From Desulfuromonadales bacterium (GTDB lineage: Bacteria; Desulfobacterota; Desulfuromonadia; Desulfuromonadales; JACZKF01): a stretch of 64,000 nucleotides of DNA. Under the pieces are notes generated by a model. The model was not told the origin of the DNA. It ran no database searches and saw only the letters and a list, made by a program, of their open reading frames with translations. Numbering within the stretch: the first letter of the stretch is position 1; each line of letters begins with the position of its first letter. Location: contig JARFUG010000004.1 of assembly GCA_029289095.1 (NCBI GenBank), forward strand, positions 13,250 through 77,249. The letters run 5' to 3'. Positions 12,660-20,506 of the stretch are shown here, piece by piece. Position numbers and translations under genes: made by a program.

Positions 12660-13552
12660 CCCTGCGTCTCCGGGAGAAGGCCTTCGGCCTTGATGATCCT
12701 GAAAAGCCCGTCTGCGACGTCTTCAACCGAACCGGTGTGCATCTTCCCTTCCCGGGCCTTGATGCCGCCGGAGAGAAGCGCCAGAATCCGTTCATAGGCG
12801 GGAAGATTCGCATCCGGGGTCGTCACCCGCAGCGGGTTCGGACGGGGCAAGCCGTACTCGGCCTCTTGAAGCAAAGCCCCTGTTCCCCCGAGCTCCCAGA
12901 AGGGAAGACCGAGTTCCGGTAGCCCCCACGACTCCACCTTTCCCTCGACAGAGCGCATGAGCGCATCCTGACTTGGATAGCGAGGATCGCGAAGACCGTC
13001 CTCGAAGAAGACCGCGCAGGGGATTGAAGTCGCGACCTTGAGCCGGGCGCCCTTGTCTCCCTTGCGCAAAATCTCGAGTCCCCCCTCGAAACGGGCGAGG
13101 GAAAGGGCCGCCGTCACGTAGGGGATCCCTCTGGCGGCCGCAGCGACGGCAGGAGCGGGGTCGCTGCCCCGGTCGAGGAGGCGATTGCCGCAGAAGAAGA
13201 GATCGGGCTTGAGGATTTCGATCGCCCGGGAGAGGACCCTGGCCTCGGCCACCGCGTCGCCCCCCTTCAGACCCCCGTCCCAGATGCGGATGACACGGTC
13301 CGCCCCCATCGACAGGGCGAGGCGCAGGGAATCGTCGAGACGCTTCGGACCCACCGCCACGACCGTCACCTGAGCGCTCCCCGCATCGCGGAAGCCAAGC
13401 GCCTGCTCCAGCGCGCCGAGGTCCGCAGGGTTGGGGATCCGCCGCACCTCCTTGTCGCGAATTCCCGCACCCTTTTCCATCAGACGCACGGGGGTGCGGG
13501 GGTCGCAGACTTCACGGAGCAGGACGAGTATGTTGAGTTTGGAATTGGACAT
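12656..13552 (-). CDS. fixA: Electron transfer flavoprotein beta subunit (FixA/EtfB)
   Basis: ATG at 13552 (MSNSKLNILVLLREV). NPADLGALEQALGFRD and VTVVAVGP match EtfB blocks. About 298 aa, longer than typical EtfB. Overlaps mftF by 4 nt. Confidence 0.85.
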   Translation of the reverse strand: MSNSKLNILVLLREVCDPRTPVRLMEKGAGIRDKEVRRIPNPADLGALEQALGFRDAGSAQVTVVAVGPKRLDDSLRLALSMGADRVIRIWDGGLKGGDAVAEARVLSRAIEILKPDLFFCGNRLLDRGSDPAPAVAAAARGIPYVTAALSLARFEGGLEILRKGDKGARLKVATSIPCAVFFEDGLRDPRYPSQDALMRSVEGKVESWGLPELGLPFWELGGTGALLQEAEYGLPRPNPLRVTTPDANLPAYERILALLSGGIKAREGKMHTGSVEDVADGLFRIIKAEGLLPETQG

Positions 13553-13574
13553 AATAAACCTCAAAATTGCTTTC

Positions 13575-13865
13575 TCAGGTCATCCTGAACGACACCCCGA
13601 ACCCCCCCCGGGGATAGCGCCAGAGCTTGAACGCTCCCGGGCGGCAGACGACATAGCAGGTGCCGCATTCGAGGCAGCCGTCGTACACGAAGGTCATCTT
13701 CTTCTCCTCCTCCGACCAGGTGTAGCAGCGCGCCGGGCAGGAGTTGGTGCAGGCCCGCTGGTCGCAGCGGACGCAGATCGCGGGGTCGAGAACGATGTGC
13801 GCCTCGCGATCGATGTTGAAGCTGGTATAGTCGAAAATTTCGTCGATATTCATAGCGATCTCCAT
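13575..13865 (-). CDS. fixX: FixX ferredoxin-like protein
   Basis: 96 aa. CVRCDQRACTNSCPA...YDGCLECGTCYVVC...WRYPRGGFGVSFR matches the FixX pattern. An alternative ATG at 13853 forms an ATGA overlap with the fixC stop. Confidence 0.85.
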   Translation of the reverse strand: MEIAMNIDEIFDYTSFNIDREAHIVLDPAICVRCDQRACTNSCPARCYTWSEEEKKMTFVYDGCLECGTCYVVCRPGAFKLWRYPRGGFGVSFRMT

Positions 13866-15148
13866 CCCGAGTAGACGTCGGCCAGCGCGTTCTTGAGCCC
13901 GACCTTTTCTTTGACGGCGCGCATCAGCAGTTGGGTCATCGTGCTTTTGGGGTTGCCGTCGATGCGGTAGATCTCGTCCATGATGCCGCAGACCAGTTCT
14001 GGATAGCTGGTGTAGATGCGATCGTTATGGAGCATGTGCGGTGCGCGCTTGTAGAGCTTGAGATCCTTCAGGACGAAGCTCTCCTCCAGCATCCGCCGGT
14101 AGATCGAGAGTCCCGATTTGGTGAAGTCGCGGCTGTTGTGAGCCTCCAGCGCCGCCTTGCCGGCAAGGACCCCCGACTGGGCCGCCAGGTTGATCCCCTC
14201 CAGGTTGAGCCCGGTGACGATGCACATGGCCGCGGCGTCGCCCGCTACCATGATTCCGTCGCCGACGAGTTCGGGCATCATCTCGTATCCCCCCTCCGGG
14301 ACGAGATGCGCGGAGTATTCCAGAAGCCGCCCCCCCCTGAGGAGTTTGGCCATCTGAGGCTGGGCCATGAAACGGTTGAGCAGGTCGTAGGGGGTTTTGC
14401 CGCTATCGGCGAGGCTCCCCAGATGCAGGACGAGGCCGAGAGAGAGGGCGTCGTAGTTGGTGTAGAGAAAGGCGCCGCCTCGAACCCCTTCGGTGCAGCC
14501 GACGATTTCTGTGGAGGCCCCCTGGTCGCGCACCAGTCCGAAGCGCTCGTCGATCGTCTCTTTGGGCATCTCGATCAAGGCCTTGACTCCGATCGCCATG
14601 TGTGAACGATCGAATTTGGGACGACGGAGGCCCGCCTTCTCGGCGGTGAGGGAAAGAACGCCGTCGGCGGCGATCACAATCGGGGCCTTGAGCGCTCCGC
14701 CGTCGCGAAGGGTCGTCACGCCGGTGATCTTCCCCCCTTCCCGGATGACGTCGTCGACGGTGGTGCGGGTGATGAGGGTCGCACCGGCTTTCTGCGCCTC
14801 TTCGGCGAGCCAGCGGTCGAACCTTGGGCGATGGACGGTGTAGCCGTTGTAGGGGGTGCGGTCGCTCGCCTGGGTGTCGAAGTTGACGTTGAAGGTCGCC
14901 TCACCGGTCATGAAGGTCAGCCCCTTCTTGACGATGTGACGCTCCAGGGGGGCCTGATCCCAGAAATCGGGGAAGAACTCTTCAAGCGCCGTCAGGCGGT
15001 GAAGAACTCCTCCGAACATGTTCTTTTCGCCCGGGAAGGCGCCCCTCTCGAGGAGGGCGACGTCGAGCCCGGCCTTGGCCATGGTCAGCGCCGCCGAGGA
15101 GCCGGCCGGACCGGCGCCGACGACGATGGCGTCAAAGTTTTTCTTCAT
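13850..15148 (-). CDS. fixC: FixC, FAD-dependent ETF:quinone-oxidoreductase-like flavoprotein
   Basis: 432 aa. FDAIVVGAGPAGSSAA dinucleotide fold with overall FixC/ETF-QO-like layout. Overlaps fixB by 4 nt. Confidence 0.9.
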   Translation of the reverse strand: MKKNFDAIVVGAGPAGSSAALTMAKAGLDVALLERGAFPGEKNMFGGVLHRLTALEEFFPDFWDQAPLERHIVKKGLTFMTGEATFNVNFDTQASDRTPYNGYTVHRPRFDRWLAEEAQKAGATLITRTTVDDVIREGGKITGVTTLRDGGALKAPIVIAADGVLSLTAEKAGLRRPKFDRSHMAIGVKALIEMPKETIDERFGLVRDQGASTEIVGCTEGVRGGAFLYTNYDALSLGLVLHLGSLADSGKTPYDLLNRFMAQPQMAKLLRGGRLLEYSAHLVPEGGYEMMPELVGDGIMVAGDAAAMCIVTGLNLEGINLAAQSGVLAGKAALEAHNSRDFTKSGLSIYRRMLEESFVLKDLKLYKRAPHMLHNDRIYTSYPELVCGIMDEIYRIDGNPKSTMTQLLMRAVKEKVGLKNALADVYSGWRSL

Positions 15149-16161
15149 GCGGCACCTCCCATGACCGACTTGACCCGCTTGAGCAGCAGCGGCAGGACTT
15201 CACTGACATCGGCCACGAACCCCTCGTCCGCATTGGGGAAGATCGGAACCTTGGGATCGATGTTCACCGCGACGATCTTCTTCGAATCCTTGATCCCCCC
15301 CAGATGATGCATCGAGCCGGAGATCCCGAGGGCGAGGTAAAAGCGCGGGGCAACCGAGCGGCCGGTCTGTCCGACCATCCGCTCGAAACCGGTCCAGCCG
15401 AGGTCGTACACCGGGCGGGTCACGCCCAGAGAGACGTTGAGAAGGCGGGCCAGTTCCTGGAGTTGTTCAAAAGATTGACGATTGCATCCGAGACCCGCGG
15501 CGAAGATGACTTCGGCCTCGGAGACATCCACCGTCTGGGGATCGGGGGGGATGCGTTCGACGATGCGGGTCGGGGCAGCGCCGGGAAGAACCTCGGGACT
15601 CCAGACGCTCACTACGGGCTCTCTGCGGTGCATCGACGGAAGAACGACAGCGCTGATCACCCTTGTATCCATCGTCAGGACCAGGGGGACGCTCCCATCC
15701 CACACCCTGGCCTCGGCGACCTGCCGGCCAAGGGCCGGACGCCGGATCTTGAGCCCCTCTTCCCATCGCTCGAATGCGATCGCTTCGGTCACGATCCCCC
15801 CTTGAATCTCGGCGGCGACCAGCGGAGCCAGGGCGGCCCCGAGGTCGTTGTGAGGAAGAAGGAGGACCTTGGCGCCAAGATCGCGAACCGCCGCGGCCAA
15901 GAGCTTCCCCTGGACCTCGAGGAAATCGGCGACATCGCTTTCGATCACCGTCACGGCAGAGGCGCCGTAGGGGGCGAACTCCGAAAAAATCAGGTCGGCA
16001 GCGTCGCCGAAGCAGATCGCTCCCCATCCTCTCTGCAGCGCCCCGGCAAGGCGGGAGGCCTCGGAGAGGATCCCTTTGCCGGCATCGTCGAGTCCGCCTT
16101 CCGGCAGATCGACAAACGCAAGGATGGTAGGGTGCGTCTCGGGAGAAATCGTCGCGGGCAT
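15145..16161 (-). CDS. fixB: Electron transfer flavoprotein alpha subunit (FixB/EtfA)
   Basis: 338 aa. C-terminal FAD block RFYLALGISGSMHHLGGIKDSKKIVAVNIDPKVPIF is diagnostic for EtfA. Start overlaps the OYE gene stop by 1 nt. Confidence 0.9.
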   Translation of the reverse strand: MPATISPETHPTILAFVDLPEGGLDDAGKGILSEASRLAGALQRGWGAICFGDAADLIFSEFAPYGASAVTVIESDVADFLEVQGKLLAAAVRDLGAKVLLLPHNDLGAALAPLVAAEIQGGIVTEAIAFERWEEGLKIRRPALGRQVAEARVWDGSVPLVLTMDTRVISAVVLPSMHRREPVVSVWSPEVLPGAAPTRIVERIPPDPQTVDVSEAEVIFAAGLGCNRQSFEQLQELARLLNVSLGVTRPVYDLGWTGFERMVGQTGRSVAPRFYLALGISGSMHHLGGIKDSKKIVAVNIDPKVPIFPNADEGFVADVSEVLPLLLKRVKSVMGGAA

Positions 16162-18122
16162 CAGATCTCCCTCCCTACCCGATGCCCTTCCCAGATGGCC
16201 ATGTCGACCTTGCGGGGGGCAACCGAGTCGCCGATGCGGTAGAGCTCCTTGACCTTCCCTTTCAGCTCCTTATAGAGGGCCTCCTCCACCCTCTGCCCCA
16301 TGGCCAGGACGATGGAATCGAAGGGTCCCCACTCCTCCCAGACGTTGGAGTAGACGTTGAATCCCTTGACGGTCTTTGCGCCGGTCTCGCCGCCGATCTC
16401 CATCACTGCGATGTCGGGAGTGAACGTCGTCCCCTTCTGCAGGAGGCGCTGACGGGTCAGGTAAAGGTCCTGGGTCGGTCCGAGCTCGGCGCCGATAAAG
16501 AGGCTGGAGGTGATCATGTGCACCGTCTTCCCCTGGTCGGCGAGAAACTCGGCGGTGGCGGTGGCCCTGTGATGGCCGTCGTAGTCGATAAGGCAGACTT
16601 TCTGGCCCAGTTCGGGCTTGCCGTCGAGCACCTGCCAAACGTTGTAGACCGATGGGCCGTCGGCCCCGCCGACCGGGTGCTCCTTGGGGACGCTTCCGGT
16701 GGCGACAATGACGACTTCGGGCTTGTCGGCCAGGACCTGCCCTGCAGTCACCTCGGCCCCGAGCTTCACCCTCACCCCGGCCTTGTCCACCTGCTCCTTC
16801 TCGTTGCGGATGATGACTCCGAACTCGTCGCGGCCGGTCCCCTTCATGGCGGTGCGGACCTGTCCGCCGAGGGTTTCGTTACGGTCGTACAGGGTGACGT
16901 CGTGGCCGCGGCGGCCAGCCATCTTTGCCGCCCACATGCCGGCGGGGCCACCGCCGACGACCGTCACCTTCTTCTTCACGGCCGCCCTCTCCAGCGTCCC
17001 TTCGCCCCACTCCTTCTCCCGTCCGATAGCCGGATTCTGCACGCAGCCAAGTGACTTGTTCATGCCGATGCGGCCGATGCACCCCTGGTTGCAGGCGATG
17101 CAGTAGCGGATATCCTCGAGCCTTCCCTCCTGAGCCTTCTTCGGCAGGAAGGGGTCGCAGATCAGGGCACGACACATGCCGATCATGTCGGCCTGACCGC
17201 CGGCCAGGACCTTCTCGGCCATGACCGGGTCGTTGATACGCCCGGTGCAGAAGACAGGCAGTTTGAGTCTTTCGCGAACGCCGGCCGCCAGGGGAATGGT
17301 GTACCCCAGGGGGGTGTGCATGGAGCCTTCCACCAGGTAAAGGTTGTAGAAGGTGGCGATGGAGAGATCCATAAAGTCGATGAGGCCGCTCGCCTCGAAG
17401 CGAGCACAGATCTCCTGCACCTGGGCCAGGTCGAGACCGCCCGGGATCATCTCGTCGGCGCACATGCGGATGCCGACCGGGAAATCGGCGCCCACCGCTT
17501 TGCGCACCGCGGAGATGAACTTGAGGGGGGCCCGCATCCGGTTCTCCAGGCTCCCGCCGTACTCGTCGCTGCGGAAGTTCGTCAGAGGGGAGAGAAACTG
17601 TCGGGCGAGGCTGGAATGGCCGAACTGCAGCTCAATCCCGTCAAAGCCCCCTTCCCGCACGTGGACGGCGCTGAGGGCGAAATAGCGCGCCACTTCCTCG
17701 ATGTCCTCGTGCTCCATTTCCTTGGGCGTCTCACGGAAGAGGACGTCGGGGATCGGAGAGGGCGCCCAGACGGGAAGCCGCGAGATGGAACCGTCCCCCT
17801 GCTGGCCGTTGTGGTTGAGCTGGGCGAAGATCTTGGCGTCGAACTGGTGGACGTAGTCGGTGACCTTCCTGAAGCCGGGGACCACCTCCGCATGGTAGAC
17901 GTCGATCAGCTTCTCGTAAGCCATGTCCGTGGGGTGGACGGTCAGTTCCTCGGTGATGATGAGGCCGGCGCCCCCCTTGGCCCGCTCTCCCCAGTAGTAC
18001 ATCTGGCGCTCGCTGGGTAGATTCTTCACCGCCAGGTTCGTCAGGTGCGGCTGAAAGGAGATGCGGTTCTTCACCTCGACCGAGCCGAGCTTCAGGGGGG
18101 AGAACAGGTGTTGAAACATCAT
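16161..18122 (-). CDS. FadH/Old-Yellow-Enzyme-family Fe-S flavoprotein (FMN TIM barrel + 4Fe-4S + FAD/NAD(P) domain)
   Basis: 653 aa. OYE N-terminus LFSPLKLGSVEVKNRISFQPH, cluster motif YCIACNQGCIGR...LGCVQNP, then VTVVGGGPAGMWAA Rossmann domain. Same architecture as 2,4-dienoyl-CoA reductase, enoate reductases and trimethylamine dehydrogenase. Confidence 0.9.
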   Translation of the reverse strand: MMFQHLFSPLKLGSVEVKNRISFQPHLTNLAVKNLPSERQMYYWGERAKGGAGLIITEELTVHPTDMAYEKLIDVYHAEVVPGFRKVTDYVHQFDAKIFAQLNHNGQQGDGSISRLPVWAPSPIPDVLFRETPKEMEHEDIEEVARYFALSAVHVREGGFDGIELQFGHSSLARQFLSPLTNFRSDEYGGSLENRMRAPLKFISAVRKAVGADFPVGIRMCADEMIPGGLDLAQVQEICARFEASGLIDFMDLSIATFYNLYLVEGSMHTPLGYTIPLAAGVRERLKLPVFCTGRINDPVMAEKVLAGGQADMIGMCRALICDPFLPKKAQEGRLEDIRYCIACNQGCIGRIGMNKSLGCVQNPAIGREKEWGEGTLERAAVKKKVTVVGGGPAGMWAAKMAGRRGHDVTLYDRNETLGGQVRTAMKGTGRDEFGVIIRNEKEQVDKAGVRVKLGAEVTAGQVLADKPEVVIVATGSVPKEHPVGGADGPSVYNVWQVLDGKPELGQKVCLIDYDGHHRATATAEFLADQGKTVHMITSSLFIGAELGPTQDLYLTRQRLLQKGTTFTPDIAVMEIGGETGAKTVKGFNVYSNVWEEWGPFDSIVLAMGQRVEEALYKELKGKVKELYRIGDSVAPRKVDMAIWEGHRVGREI

Positions 18123-18150
18123 GGCAGAGAATCCTTATTCACAGTGGGTT

Positions 18151-18228
18151 CGTAGGGGCGATCCTTGTGATCGCCCTGGCTTGGGTGATCGCCCGCAGTT
18201 CCGGGCGAACACAAGGTTCGCCCCTACG
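18151..18228. repeat. REP-like nested palindromic element (GTAGGGGCGA ... TCGCCCCTAC)
   Basis: cgtaggggcgatccttgtgatcgccc...gggcgaacacaaggttcgcccctacg. An outer 10-bp stem encloses two internal GGGCGA(N)TCGCCC hairpins. It fills the mftC-OYE intergenic gap. Confidence 0.7.
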
Positions 18229-18236
18229 TCAATGTT

Positions 18237-19271
18237 TCACGCCGCTGCCGCCTTCTCGGCAATGGACGTCACGCACCTCTCCAGACATTCGGGGTCCCCC
18301 CCCTCGATGTCGTTCTTGAGGTGATAGGCCACCGCCGGGCAGCCGCCGTGGCACTGATCGAAGCGCCGGCAGTCCTCGCAGGAATGGATGCGCAATCCGC
18401 GCAGGGAGGCGAAAATTTCCGAATCGTCCCAGATCGCCTGGAAGTCCCTTTCACGCAGAGATCCGGCCTTGAACTGGTCGAGTTGCATGAAGGCACAGGG
18501 GTAGACGTTCCCCGTGGGGCCGACACAGCAGGTCAGCTTGGCGGCTCCGCACAGATTGAGCCCCAGCCCCTGGCGCTCCTGGGCCGTGAGAGAGAAGAAG
18601 CTGTCCCCGGTGCGCACGTCCCCCCGGCTCTCGAGCCAGTTGGAAAAATCGAGGAGCTGCTGAGGCGAAGGGCGCAGGGCTTCCCAGTTGTCGCTGCCGC
18701 GCCCGGAGGGGCGGAAGCGACTGACCCGCAGAGTAACTCCAAGCCTTTCAGCCAGATCGTAGAGGGCCGGAACCTCTGTGGTGTTCTGTGCGGTCAGCAC
18801 CGTGTTGATGCTCGTCGGGATCGGGCTTGCCGCAAGAAGTCGCAGCGCGCGCAGCGCATCGTCATAGGTTCCAGCGCCGCGGATCGCTTCGCAGGTCGCC
18901 TTTTCCGCGCCGTCGAGACTGACCTGAATGGCGACAAGTCGGGTGCGCGAGAGCCTCTCGACCAGACCGGCATCGATGAGCGTCCCGTTGGTCGAGATGC
19001 AGGTCATGATCCCCCGGGCATGGCAGGCATCCAGTATCTCTTCGAAGTCGGTGCGCATGAAGGGCTCCCCGCCGCCGAAATTGATCTGGAACACCCCAAC
19101 CTTGTGCATCTGGTCGACGAGTGAAAGCGCCTCTGCCGTGGAAAGCTCCCCTTCAGCCGGCTCTCCGGAGGAGGAAAGACAGTGCTCGCATCGGAGATTG
19201 CACGCCAGAGTGACTTCCCAGGTCAGGTTCACCGGGGCCCGTAGCCCGGCCTCAACAAATCGGTTGCTCAC
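18237..19271 (-). CDS. mftC: Mycofactocin radical SAM maturase (SPASM domain)
   Basis: 344 aa. VNLTWEVTLACNLRCEHCLSSSG radical-SAM cluster motif. C-terminal Cys-rich SPASM region CGAAKLTCCVGPTGNVYPC...CEDCRRFDQCHGGCPA. Overlaps mftB by 20 nt. Confidence 0.93.
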   Translation of the reverse strand: MSNRFVEAGLRAPVNLTWEVTLACNLRCEHCLSSSGEPAEGELSTAEALSLVDQMHKVGVFQINFGGGEPFMRTDFEEILDACHARGIMTCISTNGTLIDAGLVERLSRTRLVAIQVSLDGAEKATCEAIRGAGTYDDALRALRLLAASPIPTSINTVLTAQNTTEVPALYDLAERLGVTLRVSRFRPSGRGSDNWEALRPSPQQLLDFSNWLESRGDVRTGDSFFSLTAQERQGLGLNLCGAAKLTCCVGPTGNVYPCAFMQLDQFKAGSLRERDFQAIWDDSEIFASLRGLRIHSCEDCRRFDQCHGGCPAVAYHLKNDIEGGDPECLERCVTSIAEKAAAA

Positions 19272-19509
19272 GGAGAAAACCCTTTTCTATAAGTTGCGCC
19301 AGGAAACTGCGCAACGTGTTCTTTTGCCGTTCCGAAAGCCCCTCGGGAAACTCGTCTTTGCGACGGACCGTCCCGAAGAAGTCGGCGGGAAGAAGGCTGC
19401 CGGTTTCGGCGAAGAGAAGGCGCGGCCCCCTGGAATCGTAAAACAGGAGGCCGAACCCTTCTTGCCTCACGCGGCAGGCCGGGTGCAGCTTGATGCCTGC
19501 CGCCGCCAT
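19252..19509 (-). CDS. mftB: Mycofactocin precursor-binding chaperone (PqqD/RRE-like)
   Basis: 85 aa. HPACRVRQEGFGLLFYDSRGPRLLFAET resembles the MftB core. Start is 1 nt after the mftA stop. Confidence 0.85.
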   Translation of the reverse strand: MAAAGIKLHPACRVRQEGFGLLFYDSRGPRLLFAETGSLLPADFFGTVRRKDEFPEGLSERQKNTLRSFLAQLIEKGFLREQPIC

Positions 19510-19510
19510 C

Positions 19511-19627
19511 TCAGTAGACCCCGCAGATGCCGTCGATGGCGAGCTCTTCGATCTGGATTTCTTCCAGGATCTGAGGCTCTTCGTTGCAGGTGTCGCAGGT
19601 CTCGTTGATCTGTCTTTCGTTCTCCAT
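19511..19627 (-). CDS. mftA: Mycofactocin precursor peptide
   Basis: 38 aa from the ATG at 19627 (GGAG 8 nt upstream): MENERQINETCDTCNEEPQILEEIQIEELAIDGICGVY. The C-terminal IDG(I/M)CGVY is the MftA hallmark. Confidence 0.9.
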   Translation of the reverse strand: MENERQINETCDTCNEEPQILEEIQIEELAIDGICGVY

Positions 19628-19690
19628 GTGTATCTCCTTCCGTCTGTTGGTTCGGCCCGTGATCAGGCCCTCTTTGGGGAAGTCAATACT

Positions 19691-19705
19691 GCAACCGCAG
19701 TGCCA
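19691..19705 (-). promoter_or_regulatory. Sigma-54 (-24/-12) promoter of the mftA operon
   Basis: Minus strand reads TTCTTGGCACTGCGGTTGCAGT, an exact TGGCAC-N5-TTGC, about 65 nt upstream of the mftA ATG. Confidence 0.75.
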
Positions 19706-19828
19706 AGAATCAAACATTGATTTATTATGTGTTTTAGACAGTTAGCAGATAAAGAACGGAAGCGATCCGGCAAAGCTTGTGGAGAAATTGGACAATGGCG
19801 AATACTCCATTCACTCTCCCTCCTCCCT

Positions 19829-19868
19829 GCAGTGGGGATTTGTTCTACATGCATGGAGATTCTCCCCA
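19829..19868. promoter_or_regulatory. Candidate enhancer (UAS) motif shared with the alcohol dehydrogenase promoter
   Basis: gCAGTGGGGAtttgttctacatgcATGGAGATTctcccca. Both 9-mers (CAGTGGGGA, ATGGAGATT) recur at 26419..26441. Lies 125-165 bp upstream of the sigma-54 promoter. Confidence 0.35.
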
Positions 19869-19999
19869 GTTTCCATAAACCGATGTTCTGTATTTTCAGG
19901 AAAATTCCTTGCGGCGAAATGGAATAAAAAATGCTATCCCTTCCACAGGCCATTCCCCCTTCAGGCCCGGTCGATGAGCCCTTTGCACGGAGTGCCGGC

Positions 20000-20503
20000 A
20001 TGCACGAAAAGAATTCCCACTGTTCATATTGCGGAACCATGTTCCTCGATTTGGACCGCGGCCGGCGCCATTGCAGGTCGTGCGGCAACATATCCTACGT
20101 GAACCCCCTCCCGGTCGCCGTCGTCATCCTCCCCGTCGCCGAGGGCGTCGTCGTCATTCGCAGGAATACCGAACCGCGCAAAGGGACTCTCACCCTTCCT
20201 GGGGGATACATCGATATCGGGGAAACCTGGCAGGAAGCGGCGCGGCGCGAAGCCCTCGAAGAAACTGGAATAGAGGTAGAGGCCGGCCGGATCATTCTCT
20301 ATGATGTCCAGAACGGGTTCGACGACACTCTGGTCATTTTCGGTCTTGCGCCGAAGCAGTCCGGAGATGTCCTCAAGCCGTTCAGCTCGGAAGAGACGCA
20401 GGAAGTTTTGCTGATCGAAGCGCCGATCGAGCTCGGGTTTCCGATGCACAGCCAAGTGGTGGAACGATATTTTGCGGAAAGGGAGGCTGGCGAGGGGCAC
20501 TAG
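20000..20503 (+). CDS. NUDIX hydrolase with N-terminal zinc-ribbon (NudC-like layout)
   Basis: ATG at 20000 ([12 protein letters not shown]...RHCRSCG gives CxxC-x13-CxxC). Nudix box [24 protein letters not shown]. Divergent from mftA. Confidence 0.8.
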   Translation: MHEKNSHCSYCGTMFLDLDRGRRHCRSCGNISYVNPLPVAVVILPVAEGVVVIRRNTEPRKGTLTLPGGYIDIGETWQEAARREALEETGIEVEAGRIILYDVQNGFDDTLVIFGLAPKQSGDVLKPFSSEETQEVLLIEAPIELGFPMHSQVVERYFAEREAGEGH

Positions 20504-20506
20504 ACC

